Shown here: one piece after another, positions 38,001 through 50,071 of the stretch
Layout: each line of letters starts with the position of its first letter
Numbering within the stretch: the first letter of the stretch is position 1
DNA from: Zancudomyces culisetae HAW-14-8
Taxonomy: Eukaryota; Fungi; Kickxellomycota
Length of the DNA: 64,000 bases
Direction: 5' to 3'
Assembly: GCA_052426225.1 (NCBI GenBank)
Contig: JBNJNM010000006.1
Location: 558,001-622,000, forward strand
Translations under genes and position numbers: made by a program
Notes under the pieces: model-generated
Database searches by the model: none
What the model was told of the DNA's origin: nothing
What the model saw: the letters and a program-made list of their open reading frames with translations, nothing else

Positions 38001-41000
38001 AATATTCTTGAGATGTACTTTGTTTGTACTATTGAATCTCCCAAAAAAACCAATTTTCCAAGACTATTTTCATCTTTAAACTTGAGCTTTTCGTGTTTAT
38101 TGCATGGAAATAAACACAATTTACAGGAATATTCACCATACTCTATTCCCGATTGATCATCTTTGAAGGTATCCAATGGATCCCGCTCACCTGCCTCATC
38201 CACTTTTCTATAGTATTTATCTGCAAAAATAGTACTTATTTTCTGATTAGTTTTGATAAAAACTATAGCATCCTGATAAACAGAAACCAAGCACCTTTTG
38301 AAGGTAAAATCTCTTTTGTTAGATTTAATACCGTTATGCATCGTGTGTGATTTTTTTTTTGCTGATTTTAGAGAAACCAGAGCATACCCACATACCTCAA
38401 ACGTGGAAACCATCTGTTTGATCTTTAGCTCACCAACAGTGTTGTGGTTATCAAGTAAGTGTAGTTCAAGCGCAGCCCCGCTGTTTTTTAATCCCACTGT
38501 ATCTACCAGTTCATTGGGTCCCATTAACAACTCATTCTGGCTCTGGCTCAAATAACTGTTAAACGCGGAAGATTCTTTTGATATTATTTTCAATCGGTCC
38601 TTGCACCTCCACCCCATTTCTATTGAAACCAAGCCGCGCTTGTGCCTATCTATCCACATTTTTACAGTATCTGAATATCTAGGTATGTTCACTAGTGTTT
38701 CTAAAACCAGATCTCGAATATCCCAAACGCTCACAAATCTTCTCAAGAATACACCTGTTCGTTTATCGTCAATAAAACGCTTGGTGCTCTGGCTGGACCC
38801 AGTATTATTCGCGGAATTTTTGCAACTATTTTGCTTCGGATTATTATCATACTCTTCTTGAATTTCCAACATAACCTTCCCTCTACCACGCAATGCCCCA
38901 CGCAGCGTGGATACACTTATATTTACCCCTAATAGTGGTACGCCCACATTTAGCTTTGATGGTGGAGAGAACTCTACATGTGTAGTTTTTCCAATAACTG
39001 ACTCTCTGTATTCCCTTAAACATGCGTTAATCCATTTTTCTAACTCTCCACACCAAACTTTGCTGGCTTTAAGGTTTGGAAACTTTATTAACAACATGTA
39101 GTAGCGTGATGCTTCAATTTGTGGTTTAGATTCCTCCTTTTCACACTCATCTGTATGCCTATAGAACATACCCACTGGCCCGTCCCATGTTTTCCCGGTG
39201 TTTTGTTTAAATTTTGTCGCAGGCTTATACCCAAAAGAGATGCCTATAATTCCATCCGAGTTGGAGTGACCCATAAGTTTTGGCGATAGTTTTGAAGCTG
39301 GAGGAAATAATATTTGCAGGTCTGGGATTCCAATAATGTCAGTAAAAACAAAAATCCCCCGCTGGGTCAAGGCTATCCAACTTTCTGTCCACCTGTATGC
39401 CCCTAACCCACCCCTGCTCCCATTCCAATTCGTTGGAACAATACCTCTTTCAAATATACCTTTGTCTATTCTTATTAGCCGTGTTGCTGCCCTTGAGCTC
39501 AGCCAAATAACATCACCACGAAACTCCATGTCCGTCCCGAAAGGCGTATTTTGCGCGACTTTTGGGTCTGCTACCCTTTTTCTTTCGTCTACCTTTTTTT
39601 TACGATTTTTTTCCAGTACCTTTTTCAAGATTGCTGAGAACAAACGATTTTGATTTTTATCAGCGGAACCTTTATTCTGATCTAACTTGCGATCATCACT
39701 ATCCTTATTTCCAGCTTCACATGCCTGTTCGCCATGTACTCCCTGTGAATCTCTGTTACTGGCTACGTTTCTCTCTTCTATATTGCTTGTATGCAGTAGA
39801 CTGGAGTTCCCCACTCGAGGATCCTCGTTTTTTTTAAACTCAGTTACAAACCCTCCCACACCCTCACCTGTTTGTATAGTGTCTGCACCAGCCAAACCCC
39901 CGCCCTTATTTTGACGAGATTTTATCTCAGCAACATCAGTGTCTAAGTCAGAAACGCTTTGTGAATCTTTATGTTCGGCGGTCACCTGGGAGTCTTTAAT
40001 ATATTCTTTCCTACTCTTTTTGTCAAATAATTCGCTATTATCTGGTTTCTGCTTGAACTCGTCTGTACCTAACGACGCATCTTCGGATGTTACCACATCC
40101 CAATAACTATCCTCCGAATCCGAGATTACACTATCACTCTCGCTATACTCTGCATTTGTGCCATCACCACTACTCGTCGCCCCTGATGTCTCACTCGATG
40201 AAGCTGAGCTTGAAGTATACATCTCTTTTGCGGTGGTAAACGTCTGCACAGAGTTGTTGCTGTGTCGTTCGCGATGTTTGCCAAACCCCCGTTTTATGGA
40301 GCTCAGATATTCCAAATTAAACGCGACCCCTGGCACACTTCGATTATTAGCCCCATATCTTGGAAAACTGAAAATTCTTGCCTTGGGTTTTAGCGTGTTC
40401 CTGCGTTGATCTTTTCGATATTTTGAGGATTTGTCTGATGAGTTGCCTTTATTTAAACATAAGCCTTCACTCTCGTTTTCGTGTTCATTTCCTTTTTTAC
40501 ATTCTCCGTCTTTAGGTAAAAAAATATCAACATTCATGTTTTTCCACTCTAAAGCTAACCTTGCACTACCTCTAGATGACTCGTTTTGAATCTCAGTGTT
40601 GAAGGAAACTGGTACAATGCCACTATTTTTTGCGGGATCGCAGACAATGTTGTTTAATGCATGATTATCCACATTTGCTGGTGAATTCGGGTGTGGTGGG
40701 TATAGTTTTTTGTTCAGTTGTGTCTGATCACTTTGCTCCTCCCTGTATTTACCTGTGTATTTACCTTTCGTAGTGGCCGTCTTTGTGGTATCCTCGTCTA
40801 ATACCTTGGTCGCTGTATGGATGTTCAATGGTAGTGTTTTGCTTCCCTTTTTATTTTCTATCGTATTTGGAGCGAGCCCTCCAAAAGTATTTCTCAGAAC
40901 GTTCGTTTTTCTTCTCCTATTGCCAGTGCGTTCCACTTTTAGCGTACTTTCGACCGCAGCCAGAACGTCCTCTTTGACTTTCTCACCTCTCCTTCTCCAA

Positions 41001-41098
41001 GGACAAAATCTTGTTCCTAAAAGTACCCGATAATTGCCTATATCGGCGTTTTTGTTTATTTCTACCTTTTCTGGCTCTTCTGGGATTTCCCAACTCAT
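35006..41098 (-). CDS. SPO71: Spo71/Mug56-like multi-PH-domain protein, 2030 aa, single exon
   Basis: N-terminal RVLLG..W, PH-like blocks ending in W..EL and RNHW..L, YSGYLYKK...FQRVFCILTSGWLLEF, SIDLKDVYVFS, terminal AESKLEMESWI. Confidence 0.7.
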   Translation of the reverse strand: MSWEIPEEPEKVEINKNADIGNYRVLLGTRFCPWRRRGEKVKEDVLAAVESTLKVERTGNRRRKTNVLRNTFGGLAPNTIENKKGSKTLPLNIHTATKVLDEDTTKTATTKGKYTGKYREEQSDQTQLNKKLYPPHPNSPANVDNHALNNIVCDPAKNSGIVPVSFNTEIQNESSRGSARLALEWKNMNVDIFLPKDGECKKGNEHENESEGLCLNKGNSSDKSSKYRKDQRRNTLKPKARIFSFPRYGANNRSVPGVAFNLEYLSSIKRGFGKHRERHSNNSVQTFTTAKEMYTSSSASSSETSGATSSGDGTNAEYSESDSVISDSEDSYWDVVTSEDASLGTDEFKQKPDNSELFDKKSRKEYIKDSQVTAEHKDSQSVSDLDTDVAEIKSRQNKGGGLAGADTIQTGEGVGGFVTEFKKNEDPRVGNSSLLHTSNIEERNVASNRDSQGVHGEQACEAGNKDSDDRKLDQNKGSADKNQNRLFSAILKKVLEKNRKKKVDERKRVADPKVAQNTPFGTDMEFRGDVIWLSSRAATRLIRIDKGIFERGIVPTNWNGSRGGLGAYRWTESWIALTQRGIFVFTDIIGIPDLQILFPPASKLSPKLMGHSNSDGIIGISFGYKPATKFKQNTGKTWDGPVGMFYRHTDECEKEESKPQIEASRYYMLLIKFPNLKASKVWCGELEKWINACLREYRESVIGKTTHVEFSPPSKLNVGVPLLGVNISVSTLRGALRGRGKVMLEIQEEYDNNPKQNSCKNSANNTGSSQSTKRFIDDKRTGVFLRRFVSVWDIRDLVLETLVNIPRYSDTVKMWIDRHKRGLVSIEMGWRCKDRLKIISKESSAFNSYLSQSQNELLMGPNELVDTVGLKNSGAALELHLLDNHNTVGELKIKQMVSTFEVCGYALVSLKSAKKKSHTMHNGIKSNKRDFTFKRCLVSVYQDAIVFIKTNQKISTIFADKYYRKVDEAGERDPLDTFKDDQSGIEYGEYSCKLCLFPCNKHEKLKFKDENSLGKLVFLGDSIVQTKYISRIFIPPDNIVEEVYGKKREFYLKREFIKLEHNNQFSFMMKYYSGKRRDEELEGWLAIELKAGLMSDCNADGAILYMCFGSKTIRNHWYGHLSLLTQYNNMKYGPPSLNPTLISTPRDYYSPTLSQVMKNTPLEYEKLWENLVIYNTEDSKNTVHTGIVYSGYLYKKTNKNALFQRVFCILTSGWLLEFEVPNFSDRDSMASMINAAKKSIISKDKAKQSKTDYKKEIDHIVDKVKTNLVKLQEAQDAQDAQDKHRSQQKNKKKSTAVPEHGDSSEVPNIHHRSTQNELRQNEGVSFQETESGIIEEPNYLGGDVKIAHFLFKHSRSIDLKDVYVFSNPPNCFTRRELSDAPFLSYYSAVNAQNGLLFGASDLFTRMPNLDTNSAGSVLMQNGGQGAYETSTQPLSSPEYEIGAARNPSTIQNNFEQAEIAHGLSSSGKFLKLDPVNHTFALWKPFKRKMDMNLGTSSRKKVSHLLRSRIFVPNAKKSHTSPLPERCTNESDVQNLGSRSPISVIMPLKTMCTINSILGIRTCDESSGSTAKQAPADAAHTGLSYNGYKPELGVAATPLSNRPSYLTLSNFEIQIRFPVSATILRPNTIHGRSFTPKTLNHTKPSPTDNNYGLYEPDHECALLNKNKGFTAYTAREFLSALMVSTPFEVAKPFLVKYRLAPATATSWVDMAFRYLDFSDLKQIHASVVDRGSTEGFASLKATSSALDTSINPRNMRVSSQFGEITQVFNDRNNDDGNVFYTDYGTHGVDLDSSIATQRSGGCSTSERYSNRYSQGVQADGDPVIQLMHRNPFDFVLENFGEKLVMQNTSSFVDKAPEQSGLELSTINRRFSENIHSSRRDPSRKIFEPNYHTTSASLKHNKKDEKLGATSKFCLDSNISNNGTSSTTGKVPVQHASFVNPSKIGIQTTPGASTCCSHDHSSAQTLPFEPTNIPLMCLNPLNTDGKISAIMKRNSPADESSLFLGFYIAESKLEMESWINYLNSHIAGINML

Positions 41099-42651
41099 TT
41101 TTGCTTTTTTAAGGTTTCTCTATTCGCCGATCTATGAATCTTCTCTATTTTTTTGACATTTTTGCTACTTTTTTCTGTACATATAGCTAATAATACATCT
41201 CTAGTTCTATTTTATTATTATTATAACCAATATTGAATGTGCCTTTTGTGAAAATAAGCGGTCTCATTAGACTCTGCTGTGATTTAACTTTAAAATAACA
41301 CGGTAAATTATTAAAAACCGACAATACTTCACACCAAAGTCAAGAACCCAACAAGACTCAACCATCAACAACAAATAGCATCGGCGTAAATGTCCATTTA
41401 TTGGAGTAACCCTCAGGTGTTGCAATTAAATCTAGCTCCTATTGCACGGGATATGCAATTCCAGACATTATTTCATTTATTTAGCATTCCTCCTCCGATT
41501 TGCTGAACCCAATTGATTGCTGCATTTTCAGGTTTACTTTTTATGTATTTTTTACAAGCCTTTCTTTACTCACATGTTTACACTATAAGATGACCCAACC
41601 AAGCAATATAAAAGCATTCCAGGAAGTTAAATTGTGATATTTAATACCAAACATCCACAAACTACACAATTATCTATGATTGGTACATTTCATCTGTATA
41701 AAACAAGCAAGATCCCAGTTTACTAAAACAAAAGCAAGAAAAGCGAACACACATACTCATCTATTGATACTGTGTACGACAGAAAAAATAAGTACTCGCT
41801 CATATATCCTAACAATTTTCGCATTTCCTTTATAAACGCAAATACCTTGTCTGGTGAGAATCAGACAAGCGAAATACTCGATTTATCGAGTATAACACCG
41901 ATATAACAATGATATGAGTCTCTTCTGTTTCAACAAAACCTTGACCTCGCCACCAGCCCCACCCTTAAGTTAAAATAGGTAAATATTGTCTATCAATACA
42001 AAGGAGGAATCGCCCCATTTTTGTGTTGAGATTATTAAATATGTACCACATAAAGTACTTGAAAGAATTTCCTAAATAATACTTATTTAATAATTCTTCC
42101 CCTGTTATTCAAAGGACACTACCACCTAGAAGTTTGTTCATAGATGTTTTTTCTGCTCAGAGCCGGTCTAGAATAATCATCCTAGTTCGACAGTCTTTAT
42201 CCAAGAATATCGGAGCGTTCCGACTTAGAAATGGGCACTATGCTGGCTTTTCTCACCTTTATAGGTAAAACAATCAGTTTTTGCGACTTCTACAAACGAG
42301 CTGTTGTTGAAGTCGGCTTTTTGTTATAAAAAAAATCGTCATCGTAAACACAGATAGCCAGCGACTTCAAGGTTTATTGTAAAAGCTGCAATAGCCAAAA
42401 AAACATAAATACACTTTTTTTGGGGGGTTGACCACTGGCAGCTTTGCAACCGCTAATTTCTCCTTATATCCACAACCTTTGTCTAAGCATTGCTACATCT
42501 TCAACAACACCTTTAGACTTTTATTCACGACGATCCAAATAATAATCTACTAAAATACATTACTAAACACGAACTTCTTTTTTTTTTATAGCAGTACTAT
42601 AAAACTCACAGTAACGAGCCGTTAAAAAGTAAAGAATTCACTAACAAGATG

Positions 42652-43965
42652 CTACCACATTATATTTAACAATATCGAGTCAATAACCTGTAAACCCTTA
42701 TCTGTTGGAACCAAAGAAAAATCCTCGCTGCACCCTTCTCTCGTACCCTCTTCATTTCTCCATTCAAGAAACCCAATTTTCACATATTCTTGTACATTTT
42801 TAGAGTTCAAAAACGATTTTAAACTATTATTTCGAGAATGAGTGGCATCTAAATTCTTTTTTTTATATAAAAGGTCATGAGTATCCCTAAATGTAGACTC
42901 TCTGATTCCATATATCGTTCTCAATCCGAGAAAAACCAACATTTTTAAGGCCATTTCTTTCTTTTCGTTGTCACTATCACAGGAATAGTTAATTGTCTTG
43001 GCTACACCATGACCAATATCCTGGTTTTCTACCTGCGTCATCCATCTTTTAGGCTCTCTAATACATTCTGTGCTAACCAGATAATCATTCATAACACTTT
43101 TTCCATGAGCACCAGGGCCCACACCTATATACTCACCTCCATTCCAATATTGCTTATTATGTATGCCTTCGTACTTTTTTCCTTTTGCGTAGCTTGAAAC
43201 TTCATATCTATACATTCCTTTTTGCTTCGTTTTATTATATGCCATTTCGTACATATCTGCCATCTGATCGCCACCTGGGATGTTTAAAAACTTTGATTGT
43301 GCATGGAGCGGCGTTCCATATTCCACAGTCAGTTGGTAAATTGATAAATGATTACTGTCACAGGCATTCAATCCTATGTCCAATTGACTTTCCCAGGCTT
43401 TTATATCTTGATCTGGAATTCCAAATATCAGATCATAGGTAACATTACCAAACAGCTTTTGTGCAGTTTGTAGAGCCTTGATTCCATCCTTGCCGCTATG
43501 TTTTCGCCCCATCCATTCCAATACCTTGTCGTCGAAGGACTGTATCCCTATTGAATACCTGTTAATTCCGGCCTGTTTAAATTCCTTCATTTTCTCAATT
43601 TCCCTGATGGACGGATTAGATTCAAGCGTGATCTCTGCATTTGGATTCATTACCATTCTCTTTTCAATGAACTCCAATATAGCACCGACATTCTTTGGTT
43701 CTGCCAAACTAGGGGTTCCCCCTCCAAAATACACACTGCGTATTTCTCTTTTCCCAGTTTTTTCAAAAAAGTAGCTGAGCTCTCTTATTAGATTTTCTTG
43801 TATCCTTTTATGGTCAATGTTTGGCTCTATATACTTGTTAAAATTACAGAAATTACATTTGTATTCACAATAGGGCCAATGTATGTATACAGAAAGTGGT
43901 TTGCTGCTTTTAAGGACCATTGGAGTATCCGTGAGCCGATTGTATAACAGAGTTCCTATCTTCAT
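42652..43965 (-). CDS. RSAD1: Radical-SAM heme chaperone RSAD1/HemW (HemN-like)
   Basis: YIHWPYCEYKCNFCNFNKY (Cx3Cx2C), YFGGGTPS, EITLESNP, GINRYSIGIQSF, HLSIYQLTVE.GT, YEVSSYA, HNKQYW, GVGPGAH. Confidence 0.92.
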   Translation of the reverse strand: MKIGTLLYNRLTDTPMVLKSSKPLSVYIHWPYCEYKCNFCNFNKYIEPNIDHKRIQENLIRELSYFFEKTGKREIRSVYFGGGTPSLAEPKNVGAILEFIEKRMVMNPNAEITLESNPSIREIEKMKEFKQAGINRYSIGIQSFDDKVLEWMGRKHSGKDGIKALQTAQKLFGNVTYDLIFGIPDQDIKAWESQLDIGLNACDSNHLSIYQLTVEYGTPLHAQSKFLNIPGGDQMADMYEMAYNKTKQKGMYRYEVSSYAKGKKYEGIHNKQYWNGGEYIGVGPGAHGKSVMNDYLVSTECIREPKRWMTQVENQDIGHGVAKTINYSCDSDNEKKEMALKMLVFLGLRTIYGIRESTFRDTHDLLYKKKNLDATHSRNNSLKSFLNSKNVQEYVKIGFLEWRNEEGTREGCSEDFSLVPTDKGLQVIDSILLNIMW

Positions 43966-44483
43966 ATCGCCGATTGTTCTTTTACTCTTTTACTCCTTTT
44001 TTTAACATTTTTGCTTTGTACAACCTGTAATTTTTGCAAATCAAAAAAATTATTGGAAAAAATAAATATATATTGTACCAAATTTCCAATGGTAAGTATT
44101 GGCAATTATTCGGCCAGCTTATGGGTAACAGATTATTAACACCCTCCGATCAGTCTTAAGAAAACATAAGCCTAATATCTTCAAACTGGACTCAATTCAT
44201 TTCAGGTAGGAATTGTTTATTCATAACCTAATAAACACCACTGACATCAGATATCTTGAAAAACTTAATACGAATACACAAAAATGATACTTTATTGGAG
44301 GATAAATGTTTAAGGCATCTATAAAGTACGAAAATACATCGTTGATATTTTTACCAGCATGTTTTTTCTCTCTTGTTTTTACAAAAACAAAAGTCACAAA
44401 ATATGGTTAAAACTAAACCTGGCGTCTTTTGGTATTTGAGCTACCAGATATTCGAGATCGTGCTTGGGTACAAGCTGTGGAAT

Positions 44484-45707
44484 CTATCTCCTGATAAAAG
44501 GTCGAACATATCTCCAGTAGTACATCAGACCGAAAGCTGCCCCACCAATATGTGCTGAACTGTCAATATTTCCTTTCTATATTACATTATTTATCATAAA
44601 CACCCGTTACATTGAATCAACATCTCTTAGGCTAATGCGTTGGTGCTAAAACACCTAGTGGTGTAATATTAATCAAAGTTCAAAAAATAGTTTATAACAC
44701 AAATATCAGTGATTATTACATTTCCAGATGCCGATCTATAAACGTCATATCCAATAAATCCTACAGCGGTTAGCCATGCTGGACAAGGAATCACAAAAAA
44801 GATAAGAAACTTGGCATTTGGATAAAGCGCGGAAAAAAATGCAACTACCGAAGACACAGCACCTATAAGATAAACCATGTTGTTATATCCAGAAAGCACA
44901 TGTATAGTATGGAGAAAATGTGATTATTAAGTGTATCAGTTTAAAACATACCTGACGAACCCAGCGACACAGATTTAGGAATTCTCTCGTATGGAACGCC
45001 TTTGATTTTGGGTAAGATTGCTTTATGATAAACATAGTGCATGGCAGATGCGCTGATGCATGAAAGAAGGTAGAAATTAACAAATCTTTTTACACCCAAG
45101 AATCGAGCAATCTATTTTTTTGTTCACGCTTTGTTGGTGAATACTTATTCGCCTGTTAAAATAGTAACAAAAAACATATCGAAATATCCTTTACCTCGGG
45201 AGCAATCGAATACAATGCAAACATATTAACGGCCAAATGGGGAAGATTTATATGACTGAATTCTGACGTTATCGCGGTCCATATGCGCCCACTGTTTATT
45301 CCATCGACGGAGCACGTAAAATTATCAACCATAAACTTGAATAGACCTCCTTCATGATATTTGTTGAGTTTTTCACGCGCATAATTCCAAGTGAAAAAGA
45401 CCAACACATTTGCGCCTATGATACCATATACGATCTTATTTGCCCCGTTGTTAAAAAAGTTAAATCGATTACTGTAACTAGACTTGTTATTTGCATTGCT
45501 ATATTCGTACCAACGCCCATAGTTCCTTTTCAAAATCGTCTTGTTGTGAATCTGTTCTTTCACCTTTGAAAGAGTTTTATATCTTGTGAGTTCTGGGAAT
45601 TTCAAACTAAATTTTCTAGTTTGTAGCGATAATATATTTGCTTTATTAAAATGCACTCCCAGAGTTCCACCTCTGGAGGAAAGACAAGCAAGCTTTAGAA
45701 GGGACAT
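44484..45707 (-). CDS. PCP1: Mitochondrial rhomboid protease (Pcp1/PARL), four exons
   Basis: Basic presequence, WTAITSEFSH...HLAVNM, SLGSSG (catalytic Ser), SAHIGGAAFG (catalytic His). Confidence 0.88.
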
Positions 45708-46569
45708 GGTAAAGGCCAATGTATATTGTTTATCTCTATTGTGTTTTAACTTAAATTATATTTCCCCTATCCTAAAATTTAACTTTTAAAGTAATTTTTT
45801 TTCAGGCTGATCAATTAAATGGCAAGATAAATACAACACTGTTTTCTTGCAGTATGTTTTATAATGTTATTACTTTAATGTATATGCTACTAGTTGGTGT
45901 ACATCATGCAATGATAAAGTGTCAAAATGCAAGCTGAATTCTCTAGAATCGTATAATAATACTTTTTCAAGCTGGGTATATGAGAAAAGCAACACCAATA
46001 TTGAGCGGCTGACTTGATAAAAGCATATTCCAAAACAAAACTGAAACCAGTATTTTATTTTGTTGAAATGTTTTCACTTATTGATACCTATATCATTTTG
46101 TTTAAGCGTTCTTTACAGGTACATTTGTATACAGCTTTGTACTGTTTTTTACAAACTTTGAGATGACGCAACAGAAAAGATATTTCAGAACAAAAAAAAG
46201 CATAAAGCCTAAACATAGGTTAATTGCTAATGAATGTCTATTTGGTTTACCAAAAAGCCGTTTTTTCGAGTAGAATGCTATATATTCTATCCCCTTGTAG
46301 AATAATGCACACTCTTGTACTACACTTGATTCAGAGATATCTTGTATTGCTATATACACTTAGGCATACTGGATGTCTCCAACGATGAATATATTTATGT
46401 TTTTGAAATTATGCTTTTGGGGTTGATTATTTAGTTTGGATGGAGTTTTTACTTTCTATTAATATGGAAAGGCCAGTGCATAATACTCACTGTACCTACC
46501 TTACAAATATGTAATTGAAGTAAATAACAGCTTTAGGTAAATATATCTACGATTCTCGCGAGTTAGCTA

Positions 46570-46608
46570 ATTCAGTTCAACGATTCAGTTCAACGATTCG
46601 GTTCAAAA
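46570..46608. repeat. 13-bp tandem repeat, three copies (ATTCAGTTCAACG)
   Basis: attcagttcaacg attcagttcaacg attcggttcaaaa. Confidence 0.85.
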
Positions 46609-48010
46609 ATGGGTGTTAAAATTGAAAAAGTAATGTTATCCATTGCAAAGTGAAAAGGAGATGCGTGATGGGATGGGCATCAAGATAAAAAGAATGGAAA
46701 TATTGCCATACATTTCCTGTAAATAGAATGTTTACTCTCCCTCTTTCATTATCCTCAAATTATTACTGGCTGCTCATAAATGTGTTGCACCAGATTGGAA
46801 ATAGAGATGTAAGTAGATGGTACCAAAGGAGAAGGGGTGGGAGAGAGTGGTAGTGGGTGATTTGCAAAAAGTTAGCCTGTGCAAAGCAGAGAGTTTACCA
46901 CCCATTGGTCTGGGCATATCCTGTGGGAGTTTCTTTACACCCTAGATCCCAGTCAATTTACTTGATAACTGTTAAGGAAAATGTCTATACATGTCTCGAA
47001 AAAAAAACATCATACAGACAACAGCAACAATAACTAATACTGCTGCTGCTACTACAGTCACCATCCCTTATTTTAGCAAAAGTAGAACCACAGGGATTTG
47101 CATTTTTGTTCAAGCTTCGGATTTCAAGGAAAATTATTTACATCACGATATTTACTGCTGTAGATTTTATCATCCGTTAAACTAGCAAAACAAGTATTTA
47201 GGGCTTGAATTGTTATTAAAGTAGTATGGTATACAAAGAATGGTCTAAAGCATACAAGTGAGTTAGTAAATAACACACAAACCCAAAAGTCTCTTTTGTA
47301 GTATGCGCTATTTGTGTGTGACCTGGTTGCTCCATACAGGTCTTGTTTTATACAGAAGCTATCTTTGCTAAAATCGAATAGGATTTGTGATGGTAAAACC
47401 TATGATTTTTTTTGTTTCAGAATGTGATTTCAAGCTCTTTGCTTTATCTTTTATCTACTCTTAGTGAGTGAGTATAATGTAACTAGTCAAAATCGATAGC
47501 GATAAACATAGGTGCTTGCCTTGTCAATTTCTTTCACTTCCAAAAAAAAAAAGTAAAAAATCATTCTCAAAATAATAAAACAAAACAATCCAAAATCCAA
47601 AACTCAAAACAATTACGCAAAACAAAATCTTAATAAGTGCATTGAAGACGCCCAAAAGGTCCCAGGTTCAGCCAATGGTAATATGTGTTTTTTTGATTTT
47701 CACAAGATTTTTACTTATCTAATTAGCCCCGGCATGTGCACTATAACTGGAAAAAGTCCTGTCATAGGTGTGGCATAGGTGTTGTAAGATTTCAAATTTC
47801 TCAAAAAAAAAACGATAAAACAAAAAAAACAGGTACAAACATATACACCATATACGCAACAAATGCACTCATATCATTTATGTTTTTTTTGTAATCAAAA
47901 TTGAACTCAAAGGTAGCTCAACAATTATATATTACAAGTGCTAGGCCCTACAAAAAAAATTTCCCCTTACTACAAAATATACAACAGTAATCCGGGGTTA
48001 AAAAATAAAC

Positions 48011-49283
48011 ATGGCATCAAAAGGAAAGGAGAGAACACCATTATCAACCCATTTGTTGGCAGGAGGAGCGGCCGGGTTTGCAGAGGCCTGTGTGTGCCAT
48101 CCTCTCGATACGATTAAAGTCAGAATGCAACTGAGCAACAGAAGGGTAAGTCTTATAAAGAGCTCTTATGATAGTTATGAAAAACGCGTATCTTGAATAA
48201 TTGTTCCCAGAAGTCTATGTAAAGGCACCTGAGTGAGCGGCTCCTTTATGTGTGTATACATGTATGTATTTGTACGTATGTGTGTACTTTTTTGTGCCAA
48301 CTCATAAGCTAAAAAAATTTTGACATAAGCAGTAAAGAGAAAAAAGTAGAGACAACGCTTTTTCTTGTATTATGAACAACCCTTTATCTATATGCTCATA
48401 TTTTTAACTTTGTACTATTGCATTTGTATTATAGAGTTCCTCTCCTAGAAGTAAAGCTGCAATTGCGAAGGGTGTCCAAAAGGCACTTCCACCAAAAAGC
48501 TTTGTTGGTGTTGGTGCTCAGATCGTTCGAAAAGAGGGTTTTGGAGCATTGTATAAAGGGCTAGGTGCAGTTGTTCTTGGAATTGTACCCAAGATGGCCA
48601 TTCGTTTCTCTTCCTTTGAGCTTTTCAAGTCATGGATGGCGGACAAAAATGGAAATGTAGATATGATGAAAATATTTCTTGCTGGGCTTGGAGCAGGCAC
48701 AACAGAAGCCATTGCTGTAGTTACACCTATGGATGTGATTAAAATTAGGCTACAGGCTCAAAGGCACTCGTTGATGGATCCACTAGATGTTCCCAAGTAT
48801 AGAAATGCTCCACATGCAGCCTACACAATTATCAGGGAGGAAGGCTTTGGTGCACTATACAAGGGAGTAGCATTGACAGCGTTGAGACAAGCCACCAATC
48901 AAGCAGCCAACTTCACTGCTTACCACTACTTTAAGAACGTATGTCTTAAACTTCAAGGTCTAGATGAGCTTCCAAGCTACCAGCATTTGCTCCTCGGTGG
49001 TATTTCAGGCGCAATGGGACCACTATCCAACGCCCCAATAGACACTATAAAAACACGTATCCAGAAATCTCCTGGTCTACCAGGCCAAAGTGGATGGTCA
49101 CGATTCATGCAGATTTCCCAGGAAATCATAAGAAACGAGGGCTATGGTGCTTTTTACAAAGGACTCACACCTAGAGTGCTAAGAGTTGCGCCAGGACAAG
49201 CAATAACCTTTATGGTGTACGAACGTGTTAAGAGTTGGATCGATATATTCAATGGAAAGGCCAAAGCCGCCTCTATCTCATAG
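48011..49283 (+). CDS. SFC1: Mitochondrial succinate-fumarate carrier. Exons 48011-48145, 48435-49283
   Basis: Three Px[DE]xxK carrier repeats (HPLDTIKVRMQ, TPMDVIKIRLQAQ, APIDTIKTRIQ); LYKGLGAV..GIVPKMAIRF, LRQATNQAANFT, TPRVLRVAPGQA. Confidence 0.93.
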
Positions 49284-50071
49284 ATTTTTTTACTTAATTT
49301 CGATATCTTTACTTTATAATTTTTGTTTTATATCTGCATTTTTTCTAATGCCATCAACGAGAATATGTTATTATATCATGATTATGGTGGTACAGATGCG
49401 CCAACAGAGTGGCTTGTTGGTCTGAATCGTGAATTAGCGCGAATGGGCGTAGCACACACTACCCTCCTTTGCGTCTGATAGTTATTTTTTTTTGTAATGA
49501 TTGGTTTTTCCGCACACTTTCCATTATTCTGACATTTACATATACTATGTTGATACGAGGGAATGGTCTTTAATACTATCGTTGACATTTTTTTAAAAAA
49601 AAAAGAGAGGAACCTCTACTATTTGTGGGGGTTTAATTAATTTAACAACATCAGTATTCACACTATCTGTTATACTTGGCAAGAGATGCTTTTTTTCAAG
49701 AATCTCATAAAGCTAGGGGCCTGTGTATAAAAGGCCGCTAGATTATATCACCTCGCTTGTAGGAAATATAGATATACCATATACTCCACTATAAAACTAG
49801 AGACAACAAGTTTTATTGTTTTTATCTAAAAGATATATAATTTCTGGTTACAAAATAGATATAAAAAATGCATGGCGCTGTGTTTTTTAGCTGTTCGTGT
49901 AAAGCACCTGATAAAGGATATATATCAAAAAGAAATGCTATTAATCCTAAATGACACCAATTTGGATGTTGTTACATTGTGATAATTAGACAATAGTGCA
50001 GGATGTTAATCAGAAAAATAAGTAAACCTTCCCCAATCAAATGCAGACTCTAAATCCCAAAGGGAAGGTAG

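Noticed and set aside
41750-41965. Possible unannotated minus-strand exon(s) with AG/GT ends between SPO71 and RSAD1
   Set aside because: No start codon, consistent frame or recognisable protein could be assembled; needs RNA-seq.
46570-46608. CRISPR-like or tRNA-like reading of the 13-bp repeat
   Set aside because: No spacers, no cloverleaf, and the context is eukaryotic.
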